Assembly (NCBI GenBank): GCA_963844715.1
Contig: CAWJPJ010000008.1
Span: forward strand, 640,001-704,000
Source: an uncultured Phycisphaerales bacterium
Lineage (GTDB): Bacteria > Planctomycetota > Phycisphaerae > Tepidisphaerales > Tepidisphaeraceae
Direction of reading: 5' to 3'
DNA length: 64,000 nucleotides
Every line of letters begins with the position of its first letter. Position 1 is the first letter of the stretch. Under the pieces are notes generated by a model. That model was not told the DNA's origin. It saw only the letters and a list, made by a program, of their open reading frames with translations, and ran no database searches. The position numbers were made by a program, and so were the translations under genes. Below are positions 38,399 to 50,206 of the stretch, piece after piece.

Positions 38399-38599
38399 GA
38401 ACCCTCACCCCTGCCCTCTCCCTGGGTACAGGGAGAGGGAGTAAAATCCCGCAAATCTGCAACTTTCGCCCCTCCGTCGGCGTCCATTGGATTGTTGGAC
38501 CGGCGCGGCAATAATACTCACGGATCGGCGATACGCCCTTTGCTTCCCTCTCCCCGTCCTCCGCTAGTTTCCCCAGGACGGGCAATGGGTTCCTCTTAT

Positions 38600-38639
38600 C
38601 CCCTCTCCATGTACTCAGGGAGAGGGTTAGGGTGAGGGT
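38600..38639. repeat. BoxC-like palindrome (family A)
   Basis: CCCCTCTCCATGTACTCAGGGAGAGGGTTAGGGTGAGGGT, nearly identical to 37959-37998. Confidence 0.9.
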
Positions 38640-38712
38640 CGAGCGCAAGTGCGCCCTCGGTTTCCCCAGGACCAGTGACGGTCGACGGCTTCGTTGTGCA
38701 GGAGTATAGAAA

Positions 38713-39802
38713 ATGACTGACCAGATCGGAGTCGTTGAACCCCAGGCCGGTGATCTTGCGGCCGAGGAACTTGCCGCGGTTGAAAAACTCCAGGGCGGGT
38801 ACAAGGAACTCAAAAGCGAACTCGGCAAAGTCATCGTTGGGCAGGACGCCGTCATTGAAGAATTGCTCATCGCTCTCTTCTGCCGGGGGCACGTCCTGCT
38901 CGTCGGCGTCCCTGGTCTGGCCAAAACGCTCCTCATCTCGACACTCTCCCGCACGCTCGGCCTGAGCTTTAATCGCATCCAGTTCACCCCCGACCTCATG
39001 CCCGCCGACATCACCGGCACCGAGGTTATCGAGGAAGACAAGACCACCGGCGGGCGGCAGATGCGCTTTGTTCGCGGGCCGATTTTCGCCAATGTCATCC
39101 TTGCCGACGAAATCAACCGCACGCCTCCCAAAACGCAGGCGGCTCTGCTCGAAGCCATGCAGGAGAACCAGGTCACCGCGGGGGGAAATCAGCATCGGCT
39201 TCCGCAGCCGTTCTTTGTGCTGGCGACGCAAAACCCCATCGAGCAGGAGGGGACCTATCCCCTGCCCGAAGCGCAACTCGACCGCTTCATGTTCAACGTG
39301 CAGGTCGGCTACCCAAGCGAGCAGGAGGAGTTCCAGATCGTCCGCCTGACGACAGCGGGCCAGCGCGCCGAACTGCATCATGTTCTCAGCGGCGACGAAA
39401 TCCTCCAGCTCCAGGAAATCGTGCGCAAAGTCCCCGTCGCCGATCACGTGATCAAGTATGCGTTGCAATTCAGCCGCCTGACTCGCCGCGGCGAACCCGG
39501 CTGCCCGGATTTCGTCAACGAATTCGTAGGCTGGGGCGCCGGCCCGCGCGCAGCCAATACCTCGTCCTCGCCGGAAAGGCCCGCGCCCTCCTCAAAGGCC
39601 GCTACCACGTCAGCACCGAAGACATCCGCCAGGTTGCGCTGCCCGTTTTGCGTCATCGCATCGTCACCAACTTCAACGCCGAGGCCGAGGGGGTCAAAAG
39701 CGATCAGCTTGTCAAAAAACTGATCGAGTTTATTCCGCGGCAGCAATACGACGAAAAAGACAGCTCGGCAGCGAAGCTGATCAAGGGCGCCCGGCGGCGT
39801 GA
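38713..39802 (+). CDS. moxR: MoxR-family AAA+ ATPase (frameshifts ~39550 and near the stop)
   Basis: [66 protein letters not shown]. Confidence 0.93.
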
Positions 39803-39813
39803 GGGGAGTCGCC

Positions 39814-40736
39814 ATGTCCGAAACCAACACCGATTACCGCAAATACCTCCAGCCGCGCACGCTTGCCCGCATCTCTGCCCTCGATTTGCGGGCCCGTCTC
39901 ATCGTCGAAGGCCTCATGGCCGGGATGCACCGCTCCCCATACCAGGGAATCTCCATCGAATTCGCCCAGCATCGCCCCTACGTCCCCGGCGACGACATTC
40001 GCCACGTCGATTGGAAAGTCTTCGGCAAGACCGACAAAATCTATCTCAAGCAATATCTCGAGGAAACCAATCTCCATCTCATCTGCGTCGTCGATGCCAG
40101 CGAATCCATGGGCTACGGCTCGATCGTCGAGGGGGCCGACAAATGGACCAAATACGATCACGCGACCGCCATCGCGGCCTCCCTCTCTTACATGGCCGTC
40201 CAGCAGCAGGATTCCGTCGGGTTGGCGATTTTCGATAGCGAGCTGCGGCGCTTCTTCAAGCCGAGTAATTCCCCGGCCCAGTGGAAACTCGTCACCCGCG
40301 AACTCACTCTCGTTCCGCGCTAAAAAAGACCAGCACGGGCCGCGTGCTTGATCAGCTTGCCGAAAAACTCACGCATCGCAGCCTGGTCGTCCTTCTCAGC
40401 GATTTCTTTGACGATTCGGATTCGCTTCAACAAGGCCTGCGCCATCTGCGCTATCGCAAGCACGAAGTGATGGCCTTCCAAATCCTCGATCCCATGGAAA
40501 TCGAATTCCCCTTCGAGGATGTGACGCTCTTCAAGGGCCTGGAAGGCGGCGGCGAACTGCTCACCGAGCCGCGCAGTCTTCGCGAGGGATATCTGGCGGA
40601 ACTGGCGGAATTCACCCACAGCCTGAAGCAGATGTGCCGGGGCATGCACATCGACTTTACGCGAATGAACAGCGGCGAGCCGCTCGATGTCTCCCTCAGC
40701 GCGTTCCTGGCAACGCGATCGGCGAGTATCACGTGA
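39814..40736 (+). CDS. DUF58 vWA-like protein (frameshift ~40318)
   Basis: [40 protein letters not shown]. Confidence 0.92.
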
Positions 40737-40743
40737 TCGGCAA

Positions 40744-42955
40744 ATGATGTTGGCGATCCTCTTTGTTTCCCCCGCATTTTTCGCGGCCGGGCGCTGCCTC
40801 GCCGCGGTTCCCATCCTCATCCACATCCTCAACCGCCGCCGGTTCAAGGAAGTCCAATGGGCCGCCATGGATTTCCTGCTGCGAGCCATGCGCAGAAACC
40901 GCCGCAGATTGCGATTCGAACAGCTTCTCCTCCTGGCGACGCGCTGCGCCCTGGTGCTGCTCCTCGGACTCGCCCTGGCCCGCCCGCTGGGTTGCCAATC
41001 CAACAGCCTCGCGCAATTGGCCGCCACGCGCACAGGCTTGCATGTACTCGTCATCGACAACAGCTATCCCATGTCCTACGCCACCGATCCGCAGGGCGAC
41101 CGCACACAGCTCGATCGTGCCAAGTCCCTCGCGCGCGACATCCTCTCCCGCCTCAGCAGCGGGGGGGAATCCGTGGCGATCGTCACCGCCTCGCGCCCTG
41201 CGCGGGCGATCATCGCGACGCCCACCTATGACCTCCGCGCCGCCGCGGCGGCGGTCGATCGCATCGAGCAAACCAGCGCCGGCTCGGACGAAGCCGGCGC
41301 CCTGGCTCTCGCCCGCGACATCGGCGCCGCCTCCTCCGATCAACCCAACAAGAATCTATATCTCATCGATGCCTCGCGCCGCGCCGCGTGGGAGCGCGAC
41401 GCCGACGCCCTCGTGCAAACCGCCCGCCAGCTTTCGATGATCTATAAATCCGGCATCGAGCACTTCGACGTCGGCGCGCCCTGGCCAATGGAACGATGCC
41501 GTAGTCGAGATCAAACCCGCCGACCCCCTGGTCACCGATCGCTTCGCCGCTGATTTCGTGGCCGATGTCCGCGGCTTCGGCCCCGGCGCGGGCGAGGCAA
41601 AACTAACCTGGACCCTCGACGGCCAGCCCATGCCCGCCGCCGCAAGCACCCTCACGCCCGCCGCCGCCCCAGCGCCAGTCACATTCACCCTCGCTTCCCT
41701 CGCCGGGGGAATCCACGTCATCTCCGCCTCCGTCGCCGGCGGCGATCCTCTGCGAATCGACGACTCCCGCTCGCGCGTCGTCAACGTCGTCAGCCAGCTT
41801 AAAGTCCTGATCGTCGAAGGCGAACGCGGCGTCGGCGGCCTTGGCTCCAGCGGCGCGTTCCTGGACACCGCCCTCAATCCCGCCGGCACCGAGGGCGCCA
41901 AATCCGACAGCTACATCGCCACCGAACGCATCAGCGATCTGGAACTCCCGAATCGGGTCTTCTCCGACTACCGCTGCATCTGTCTCTGCGGCGTGGGCGA
42001 AATTCAGGAAAACGTCGCGGCTGATCTGGAAAAATTCGTCCGCGCCGGCGGAACCCTCATGATCTTCATGGGCGATCCCGTCACCGCCGAGAATTACAAC
42101 GCCACCCTCTATAAACATCATCTCCTCCCCGGCCCCCTCTCGCGCCGCGTCAGCGTCGGCCCCGACGCTCCGCCCATCCATTTCGCATTCGATCCCAACG
42201 GCCTGCTCAATCCCCTCCTCGAGGATTTCCGCGGCCACCAGGACACCGGCATGGAAGCCGCGGAAATTTACACCTATTGGCAAATCGATCTCCCCCCCGA
42301 TTCCAAAGCCGAGCGCGTTCTCGATTTTCGCCCGCCCGAGGGCTCCAAAAATTCACCGCCCGATCCCGCGATCACCGTCCACTCCCTGGGCGCCGGCCGC
42401 GTCGTCTACTACGCCACCAGCGCCGACCCCAATTCCGAGTGGACCACCTTCATGGCTCACCAGGCCTATCCCGCCCTCATGCACATGCTCGTCCTCGGCA
42501 CCGTCAACAGCGGCGATGAGTGGATGAACCTGGCCGTCGGGCAGAGTGTAACCGTCCCCGCAAACGTCAAAATGACCGCCGCCCCGATCCTGCGCGACGC
42601 CGAGCAAACCGAATATCCGCTCCAGCAGTCCGTTGACGACGAGGGCCAGACCGTTTATCGAAGCCTCCCCATCCAGAAGCCGGGCATTTATTCCCTTTCG
42701 ACCGGCGCCGACAATTTTAAAATCGCCGCAAATCTCCCCTCGGACGAAGCCGACGTTCGCCAGATCGACGACGCCGGACTCAAAGCCATGCTCGGCGACA
42801 TCGACATCCGCATGGAAGGCGACTCCCTTCCCCCCGCCGCCGAACAATCTCAACCGGAAAAAGATTTAGGCTGGAGCGTCATGCTAGCCGTCCTGGCCCT
42901 GGCGGCAGGAGAATGCGTCATGGCCATGAGATTCGGACATCATCGAAGGAATTAA
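40744..42955 (+). CDS. BatA N-terminal, vWA and GATase-like membrane protein (frameshift ~41480)
   Basis: PILIHILNRRR...WAAMDFL...LLLLATR...LALARP (BatA); VLVIDNS; C-terminal TM. Confidence 0.85.
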
Positions 42956-42990
42956 GATGAGCGTTCGATTTCGGAAAATACTCGCGACAA

Positions 42991-43030
42991 CCTCCTCCCC
43001 CGGTAATCCGGGGGAGGAAAGAGGAAGGGG
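42991..43030. repeat. BoxC-like palindrome (family A, degenerate)
   Basis: CCTCCTCCCCCGGTAATCCGGGGGAGGAAAGAGGAAGGGG. Confidence 0.65.
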
Positions 43031-43085
43031 TTCAGGACGAAGTCGCGAACCTTTGCTGGCGATTTCCAAATTTGCCTTTTTCCCT

Positions 43086-43232
43086 GGACGGTTAGGGGAA
43101 GGAAAAGAGGGTGGAGGGGGTGCGGGGGAGAATTCCGCCAGTTTCCGCAGGACGGGGCCGTATGGTTTTTCTCCCGCCTCCCCTGCATTGTATTTGAATT
43201 TGCATTTCGTCTTTCACCGAGCGCCAACTTGC
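43086..43232. repeat. Family D repeat (single arm)
   Basis: GGACGG...AGGGGAA...GGGGTGCGGGGG...GGGGCC...TATGGTTT...GCATTG...TTGCATTTC, collinear with 52783-52902. Confidence 0.7.
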
Positions 43233-43295
43233 ACTCGATATCACGAAACGTTGCGCCGTCACTACAACGCCAGAGGAGCAGGCTTTTAAACATTC

Positions 43296-45680
43296 ATGCA
43301 ACGCCTCCTCGAAATCCTCCTCGGCCTCAAACCCGGCTTCCTTGCCCAGGAAGGCCATGTCTCCATCCAGTTCAATCCCACCTGGCCCTGGCAACAATAC
43401 ATCGGCGGCGCGGCCCTCTGGAATCTCGCCCTCATCGCCGCCGGAATCGCACTGATCGTTTACGTCTATCGCCGCGAAGGCAAATCCCGCGGGGCTCGCA
43501 TCTTTCTCGGAATCCTGCGCGGCTCACTTCTTGCCCTGATCCTCGTGCTCCTCAATCGCCCGCTCCTCACGCTCAGCCAGATGCACCGCGATCCATCCGT
43601 CGTCGCGATCCTGGTCGACGACAGCGCGAGCATGAAGATCAAGGACGTTCCCGAAACCGACGGGCAATCGCATTCCCGCCTCGACGCCGTGAAAGACCTC
43701 CTCAACAACGGCCTGCTGCGCCGCCTCTCCGCGGTGCACGACATTCGCCTCTACGACTTCAGCCGGGGCCCGCACGCCATTTCCGATGTCGCGGATCTCC
43801 AGCCGATCGGCCAGGAGACGCAGGTCACCACCTCCGTTCGATCCGTTCTGGAGGATTTACAAGGCCAGCGCCTCGCGGGAGTGGTCATCTTCAGCGACGG
43901 CCGCGAAACCCCCGCCAGCGCCCGCGCGACGAGGTGCAGGCCGTCAAAGCATTCGGCGTCAAAATCTATCCCGTTCCGATCGGCTCCGATCAAATGCCGC
44001 GCAATATCGCCGTCCAATCCGTCAACTTCGAGCCCGCCGCTTTCGTCGACGACGTGACCGATTTCAAAATCACCCTTCGCGCCACCGGCTACGAGCCGAA
44101 CCATCCGATCGTCCTCAGCCTGATGAGGGAGATCACCGAGGACGGCAAAATCCTCGCGCGTTCCCGTAAAGGACGACATGGGCCACGACATTTCCAAAAC
44201 GGTCATCGCCCCCGACTCCCAGCCCTTCGAAGCCGAACTGCAATACAAACCCACGACCGCTGACATGCCCAACGCCAATCTCGTCGTCGAAGCCGTCCCG
44301 CAGCCGGGCGAAATCGACGAAACCGACAACTTTCGCAAGGTTCAGCTTGCCGTCCTCGACGACAAAATCTCCGTCCTCTACGTCGACGGCTATCCCCGCT
44401 GGGACTACCGCTATCTCAAGAATTCCATGCTTCGCGATCGCACCGTCAAGATCAGTTGCCTGCTCACCAGCGCCGACCCGAATTTCCGCCAGGAAGGCAG
44501 CGACGACCCGTCGCGTCCCGGCGGCACCTGGGCCATCACCGCCTTCCCCAGCAGCATCGACCAGCTCATGGACTACGATGTCATTGTCCTTGGCGACGTT
44601 GACCCGCGCCAATTCACCGATGCCCAGCTCCAGCTCATCAGCGACTTCGTCAGCAAAAAAGGAGGCGGCTTCGCCATGGTCGCCGGCCCGCGCTGGTCCC
44701 CGCAGGCGTATCGCCAAACGCCCATCGAGCCGGTACTGCCGGTAAATATTTCTCACGTCGAACCTGACGACTCGACGACATCCATCACCGAAGGCTTCCG
44801 CCCCGTCATCACCGCCGCCGGCGCGGAGACCTCCATTTTCCGATTCTTCGCCGACCCCGCTTCCAACGACGAGTTTCTGAAAAATCATCTCCAGGAAATT
44901 TTCTGGTATTGCCATGGCGTGACCGCCAAGCCCGGCGTCGGGATCGTCTACGCCGAGCATCCCACCGATCTCGGCCCCGACAATCGCAAGGCGCCGCTTC
45001 TGGTCGCCGGCCGATTCGGCGCGGGCCGCACCCTGTTCTCCGCCATCGACGATTCCTGGCGCTGGCGCTTCTATACCGGCGAATCCGTTTTCAATACCTA
45101 TTGGGTGCAGCAACTCAGATATCTGGCCCGAGGCCGCAAACTCGGCCAGCGCGGCCTCATCTTCACCAGCGACGAGGACTCCTACGAACTGGGCCGTCAG
45201 GTGGCACTGCGCGTGCGGCTATTATCGCCCGATCTCATCCAGCAGGCCCCCGACCCCCTCCCCGTGCAAATTATCGACGATGCCACTGGCCAGACCGTCC
45301 GCCAGGTGCAATTGAGCCGCCAGGGGATGGCAACCGATGTATTTACCGGCTCCTATACAGCCGACCGCGCGGGCGCTTTTTCGGCCAAATTAATGCAATT
45401 GGGAAATGCCGCCTCCTTTGCGTCGTATAATGTGCAGATGCCGCAGTTGGAATTGGACGACCCGCGGGTGGATGTTGCGGGCCTCAGCCGATTAGGCGGC
45501 GAAGAACCGATCCCGTTCGACCAGGCGGGCGCGAGGCTGCCCGCCATCATCCATAGCGCCGCTCGCGTCTTCCCGATCGAGGCCACCCAGCCCCTCTGGA
45601 ACGCTCCGCTCGCGCTAATACTCTTTGCGATCCTCATCACCACTGAATGGATCGCCAGGAAGATGCTCGGCATGTTGTAA
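43296..45680 (+). CDS. Membrane protein with vWA and glutamine-amidotransferase-like (GATase1-like) domains (frameshifts ~43930, ~44160)
   Basis: Two N-terminal TMs; ILVDDSASM, VIFSDGR, VLYVDGYPRWDYRYL, YDVIVLGDV, GAGRT...WRWR; C-terminal EWIARK. Confidence 0.82.
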
Positions 45681-45783
45681 GACGGACGCCATTCGCCTGC
45701 GCGCCCATTTTTACCCCCGCCCCCGGCACTCCGGGGGAGGGCAGGGGAGGGGGCCCGCGTGCGATTAAAGGACGATCCGTAAA
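45681..45783. repeat. ~100-bp family A unit filling an intergenic gap
   Basis: Hairpin CCCCGCCCCCGGCACTCCGGGGGAGGGCAGGGGAGGGGG plus tail GCGATTAAAGGACGATCCGTAAA, matching 56085-56186. Confidence 0.75.
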
Positions 45784-45798
45784 CGAAGGACCGGAAGT

Positions 45799-48700
45799 AT
45801 GCCGCCGACGGCGTTGATCGATTCCCTCAAGTCCGTGCGCGTGCCGCGTGCGCCGCCTCAGCGTTCTGCGGGGATTCGCTCTGGTCGTCTCCGCCGCGGC
45901 CGGGCTTCTCCTGTCGGTCGTCCTTCTAGATTATTTCCTGAATCTTGCCCCCATCCCGCGCGTCGTCATCATGATCGCCGCCGGCGTCGCGCTCATGACT
46001 GCAGTCGTCCGCTGGGTCGCCCGCCCGGCTGCCGCCCGCATGGGTCTTTCGGAAATCGCCGCGCGTCTCGAGGACGCCTTCCCCCAATTCGACGATCGCC
46101 TCCGCAGCGCCGTCGATTTCTCCAGTCAATCTTCCCCCGGCTCGCGCATCATGCAGGACCGCGTGATGAGTCAGGCCGCCGATCTGGCGCACCAGACCGA
46201 CCTGAATCAGCGCCGTCCTCACCAAACCCGTCTGGTATTCCCTCGCCGGAGCCGGCGGTTCGATCCTCGTCCTGGCGCTGCTCGGCCTGTTCATGGGCAG
46301 CGAATATCTCCTCCCCGCCATGTCCCGGCTTCTGACGCCATTTCAGGGTGCGGCCTGGCCGAAGCGCGTACAGATCATCATGGAAAGCACGCTCCCCGAT
46401 CGCGTTCCCGCCGGCCGGCAGATCGACGTCCGCATCCGTCTGACCAAAGGCGACAAACCCTCGCGCCAAGCCGAAGTCTGCTGGGATTGGGGCGATGGCC
46501 GAATCGAAAAAGAACTCATGACCCGCGGCCCCGACGGCATCTACACCGCGACCCTCGACTCCCACAGCCAGGGGGCCATGCGCGTCTGGACCGAAGCCGG
46601 TGACGACGCAACCGCGCCGCGCACGGTCACTGTCGTCGAGCCGCTCGGCATCAAGACGGTCCAGCTCATTGTCACGCCGCCGCCGTACACCGGGGAGTCT
46701 GCGTCGACGATCCAACTTGATTCAACCGCCGCCACAGTCACCTACGGCTCCAATCTCTCCCTTGTCGCCACATTCAACAAAAATATAGACCCCGCGCACC
46801 CGCTGGATGTTCTGCCCGGCCAGGGCGAGACAAAAATCCCGACCATCACCTGGGACCTGGCCGCAGGCCCGGAGGCGTCCGGAAAATGGATTGCCCGCGA
46901 CACCGTCGCCTTTGCTTTGCGCGCGGTTGACGCCGACGGCTTCGCCAACAACGACGCATCGGAATACCAGGTCATCGTCCGCGCCGACCAGCCCCCCGAT
47001 GTGCAGGTGACCTACCCCGAGCACAACGAGGAATGCACGCCGCAGGCGATCGTCCCCATCAAGGCCATCGCCGAGGACGATTTCGGAATCTCCTCTCTCC
47101 GTCTGGTCGTCATGCGCCTCGGCGACAATCCCCAGACTCTCGCTTCCGTCGATCTCGTCCAAAACGGCCAGCCCGCCGGCGGCGCATCCTGGAACTCCAT
47201 GGAAACCACCGGCGACATCCGCCGCTGGCAACTCGATTACCCCTGGGACCTCTCCAAAATCGAGCCGATCCTCAAGCCCGGCGATTTGATCGAATACCAC
47301 CTCGAAGTCACCGATAATTTTTCCTTCGAGGGAAAGACTCATCCCCCCGTCTCCAGTTCGCGCTTCCGCATCGCGATCGTCAGCCAGGACCAGTTCGCCT
47401 CGATCATGGGAGATTTGCTGGCTCAGGTCCGCCAGCAGGTCGTCGACGTCCGCAACAGCCAGCGGGCGATTAAGGAAGAGACCGCCGATTTGCAAAAGCA
47501 GTCCGCCGGCGAGAAGAAATTCACCCTTGCCGACCGCGCCCAGGCCGAGGCACTCGTCGCCACGCAAACCACCGCGGCGTCGCAAACGCGATCGGCGTCC
47601 GAGCGGCTCGGCGATCTCGTGCAGCGTATGGACGAAAATAAATCGACCGCCCAGGACCTGCGCTCGATGGCCGCAGACGTTCGCGACGCTCTCAGCGACA
47701 TCGCCGAGCATCCCATGAAGACCGCCGCGTCCAAAATCGACGACGCGAAGGACCTCACCGGGGACAATTCAAAAACCGCCGATGCCCGCTCTTCCGATCT
47801 CGACGCCGCCCAGGACCAGCAGGAAGACGCCGCGCGGAAGCTCGACGAAGCCGCCTCCCGCATGGGCGAAGCCGGCGGCTTGCCCAAGGAGATCGAGCAG
47901 CTTCAGGAAATTCTCGCCGAGCAATCCCGCATCAACCGCGCCAGTGACGACGTCGGCCTGCGAAATCTCGGCAAAACCCCCGACCAAATGAGCGATCAGG
48001 ATCGCGCCGAGCAGCAAAAGAACGCGGAGGATCAGAATTCCCTGGCCGACAAAGTCGACAAGGCGATCGACCAATTATCCGCTCTCTCCAAGCGCCTCGA
48101 GAAACCGACCCCGCCTCCTCCGCCGCCATGCAGCAGGCCGCCAAATCCGGACAGGATCAATCCGTCGCCTCGCAAATGCGCCAAAGTTCCCAGGCGCAAA
48201 AGCAAAACCAGCAATCCGCCGCCCAGCAGGCCCAGGCTCAGGCGCAAGTCGGCTTGCAAATGATGATCCGCGAACTCGAAGAGGCGCAGCGCCACAAGCT
48301 CGAGGAACTCTCCCGCCAACTGGCCGACATGCAGCAGCAAATTCAATCGCTTATTCGCCAGCAGGCCGGATTGAATTACCAGAACCTCGCCCTCCGCAAC
48401 GGCGACGTTCTGGCCAAGACCGATCCTAAAATCATCGATGATCTCCTCGAAAAGGCCCAGTGGACCCGAGGCCACGAACCCCCCGTCCCGGATCTCGACA
48501 CCCAAAGCCGCCTTCAGGAGCAGAATGAGCGGAACGCCCGCAGCGTCGGTCAAGCCGCCGAATCGCTGCCGGATGGGGCGTCCCTGGCCGTCGGGCTCGA
48601 TCGCGCCGCTCAGCAGATGAGCCGGGCCATTTCCTTCCTGCGCGACGACTCGGTTTCCGACACCGAGCGCCTCTCCAGCGCTTACGATCCTCCGCAGATC

Positions 48701-50005
48701 GAAGCCCTCGCCGCGCTCGTCAAGACCGCCGCCGATCTCGACGAGCAGATGCGCAAGAACAACGACCAGCTCAATCAGCAAAAGAAAGACACCCTGCGCG
48801 CCGCGTACGAAAAGATTCTCGCCTCTCAGAAGAAAATCGACGGCGACACCAAGACTCTCGACCAGGCCCCGCGCACGCCCGACGGGCAGCTTTCCCATCG
48901 TGATTCCATACGCCTGCGCCAGCTCCCCGGCGAGCAGGGCGATCTGGCCGACATCACCGCCAAGATGCAGGGCGATCTCGAAGCCCTCGGCGGCATCGTC
49001 TATGTCTGGGCCAATAGCGACATCGTCGACGCCATGCGCGATGTGCAAACCGATCTCGTCGCCGGCAAGACCGACGCGGTCACGCAATCCGAACAGCAGC
49101 GCATCGAGGATCAGATCGTCGCCATGATCGAAAGCCTCAAGGTCAAGCCCAAGCAAAGCCAGTTCGCCCGCGGGCACAATTCCGGAGCCGGCGGCCGCGG
49201 CGGGCAAGGCGGCGCGCCGCCTCTCCCCCCCGAAGCCGAGCTCCGTCTCCTCAAGCGACTTCAGGAAGCGATCAATAAATCCACCGTCACCCTCAGCGCC
49301 CAGCCGATTCCCCCGGATTCAAAACTCGTCGCCCTCGGCGAGCGCCAAGGCGAGCTGCGCACGCTCCTCGGCAAACTCCTCGACCAGGCCACCCACAACC
49401 AGATGACCGTCGGCCCCGAAGCCGATCCCAAGCAAAAACTCCCCGAGGAGGCCAGCGACGAGGACATCGACAACCAGGAACTCGAGCACGTCCTGCTCAA
49501 CGGCGACGGCCAGCCCGATCCCGATCAAGTCAAAAACGACGTTGCCCTCGTCGGCCAGCGCATGAGCCGCTCCCATCAGCGCCTCGCCGACGATCACGAT
49601 CCCGGCCAGACCACCCAGAAAATCCAAAAGCGCATTTTGGACAACCTGGATTCCCTCATCGAAATGGCCCGAGCCGAACAATCCGAACCCAAGCCCGGCC
49701 AGGGCCAGCCCTCCCAGGCCACCGACCCCACCCAGGGCCTCCAGCCCGACAACCAATCCACCTCGCGCCAGCCTCCCCAGCAGATCACCGGCACCACGCC
49801 CGCCTCCGTCGCCACCAACAACCGCGACGTGGACACGACCGGCACCCCCACAACCGACATCACGCAAACCCTCAAGGAATGGGGCGCGCTGTCCCCGCGC
49901 AAGCGCGCCGCCGTCATCGAAGCCGCCACGGAAAAACCCATTGAAAAATTCCGCGGCCTGATCGACGATTACTATCGAGCGTTGGGAACCAAGACGGGCG
50001 AGTAG
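45799..50005 (+). CDS. Large membrane-anchored protein with Ig-like region and long Q-rich coiled coil, DUF4175-like (frameshifts ~45840, ~46210, ~48110)
   Basis: N-terminal TMs; DQPPDV and AEDDFGI motifs; helical Q-rich repeats; C-terminal WGALSP...IDDYYRAL. Confidence 0.78.
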
Positions 50006-50017
50006 GGCGGCGGCGTC

Positions 50018-50206
50018 AAACCCGAAACCAGAATGACGAATGACGAATCAAACCAGAATGCCCCAATGACGAATGACCGAATCGCAACGCAACGTTTTTT
50101 CGTCATTTGGTCATTCGGATTTGTCGCCACGGCGACTCGCCTGCGGAGAGATTCGTCCCGCCACGGCGGATGCTGGCGCACATTCTGGTTTCGGGTTTCG
50201 GGTTTC
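50018..50206. repeat. Heptamer-built long palindrome (family B), copy 2, with a nested insert
   Basis: AAACCCGAAACCAGAATGACGAATGACGAATCAAACCAGAATG...TTTGGTCATTCGGATTTG[58 bp]ATTCTGGTTTCGGGTTTC. Confidence 0.85.

Larger units (their letters stand above)
37957..38441. mobile_element. Candidate cassette: DUF559 gene between inverted BoxC-like palindromes
   Basis: Left repeat 37957-37998 and right repeat 38401-38441 are inverted copies with the GGGTGAGGG tails facing inward. Mobility is inferred, not shown. Confidence 0.55.

Noticed and set aside
37986..39176. 396-aa ORF as a long DUF559 fusion
   Set aside because: The N-terminal 270 aa is the antisense of moxR plus translated repeats; the plausible start is 38363.
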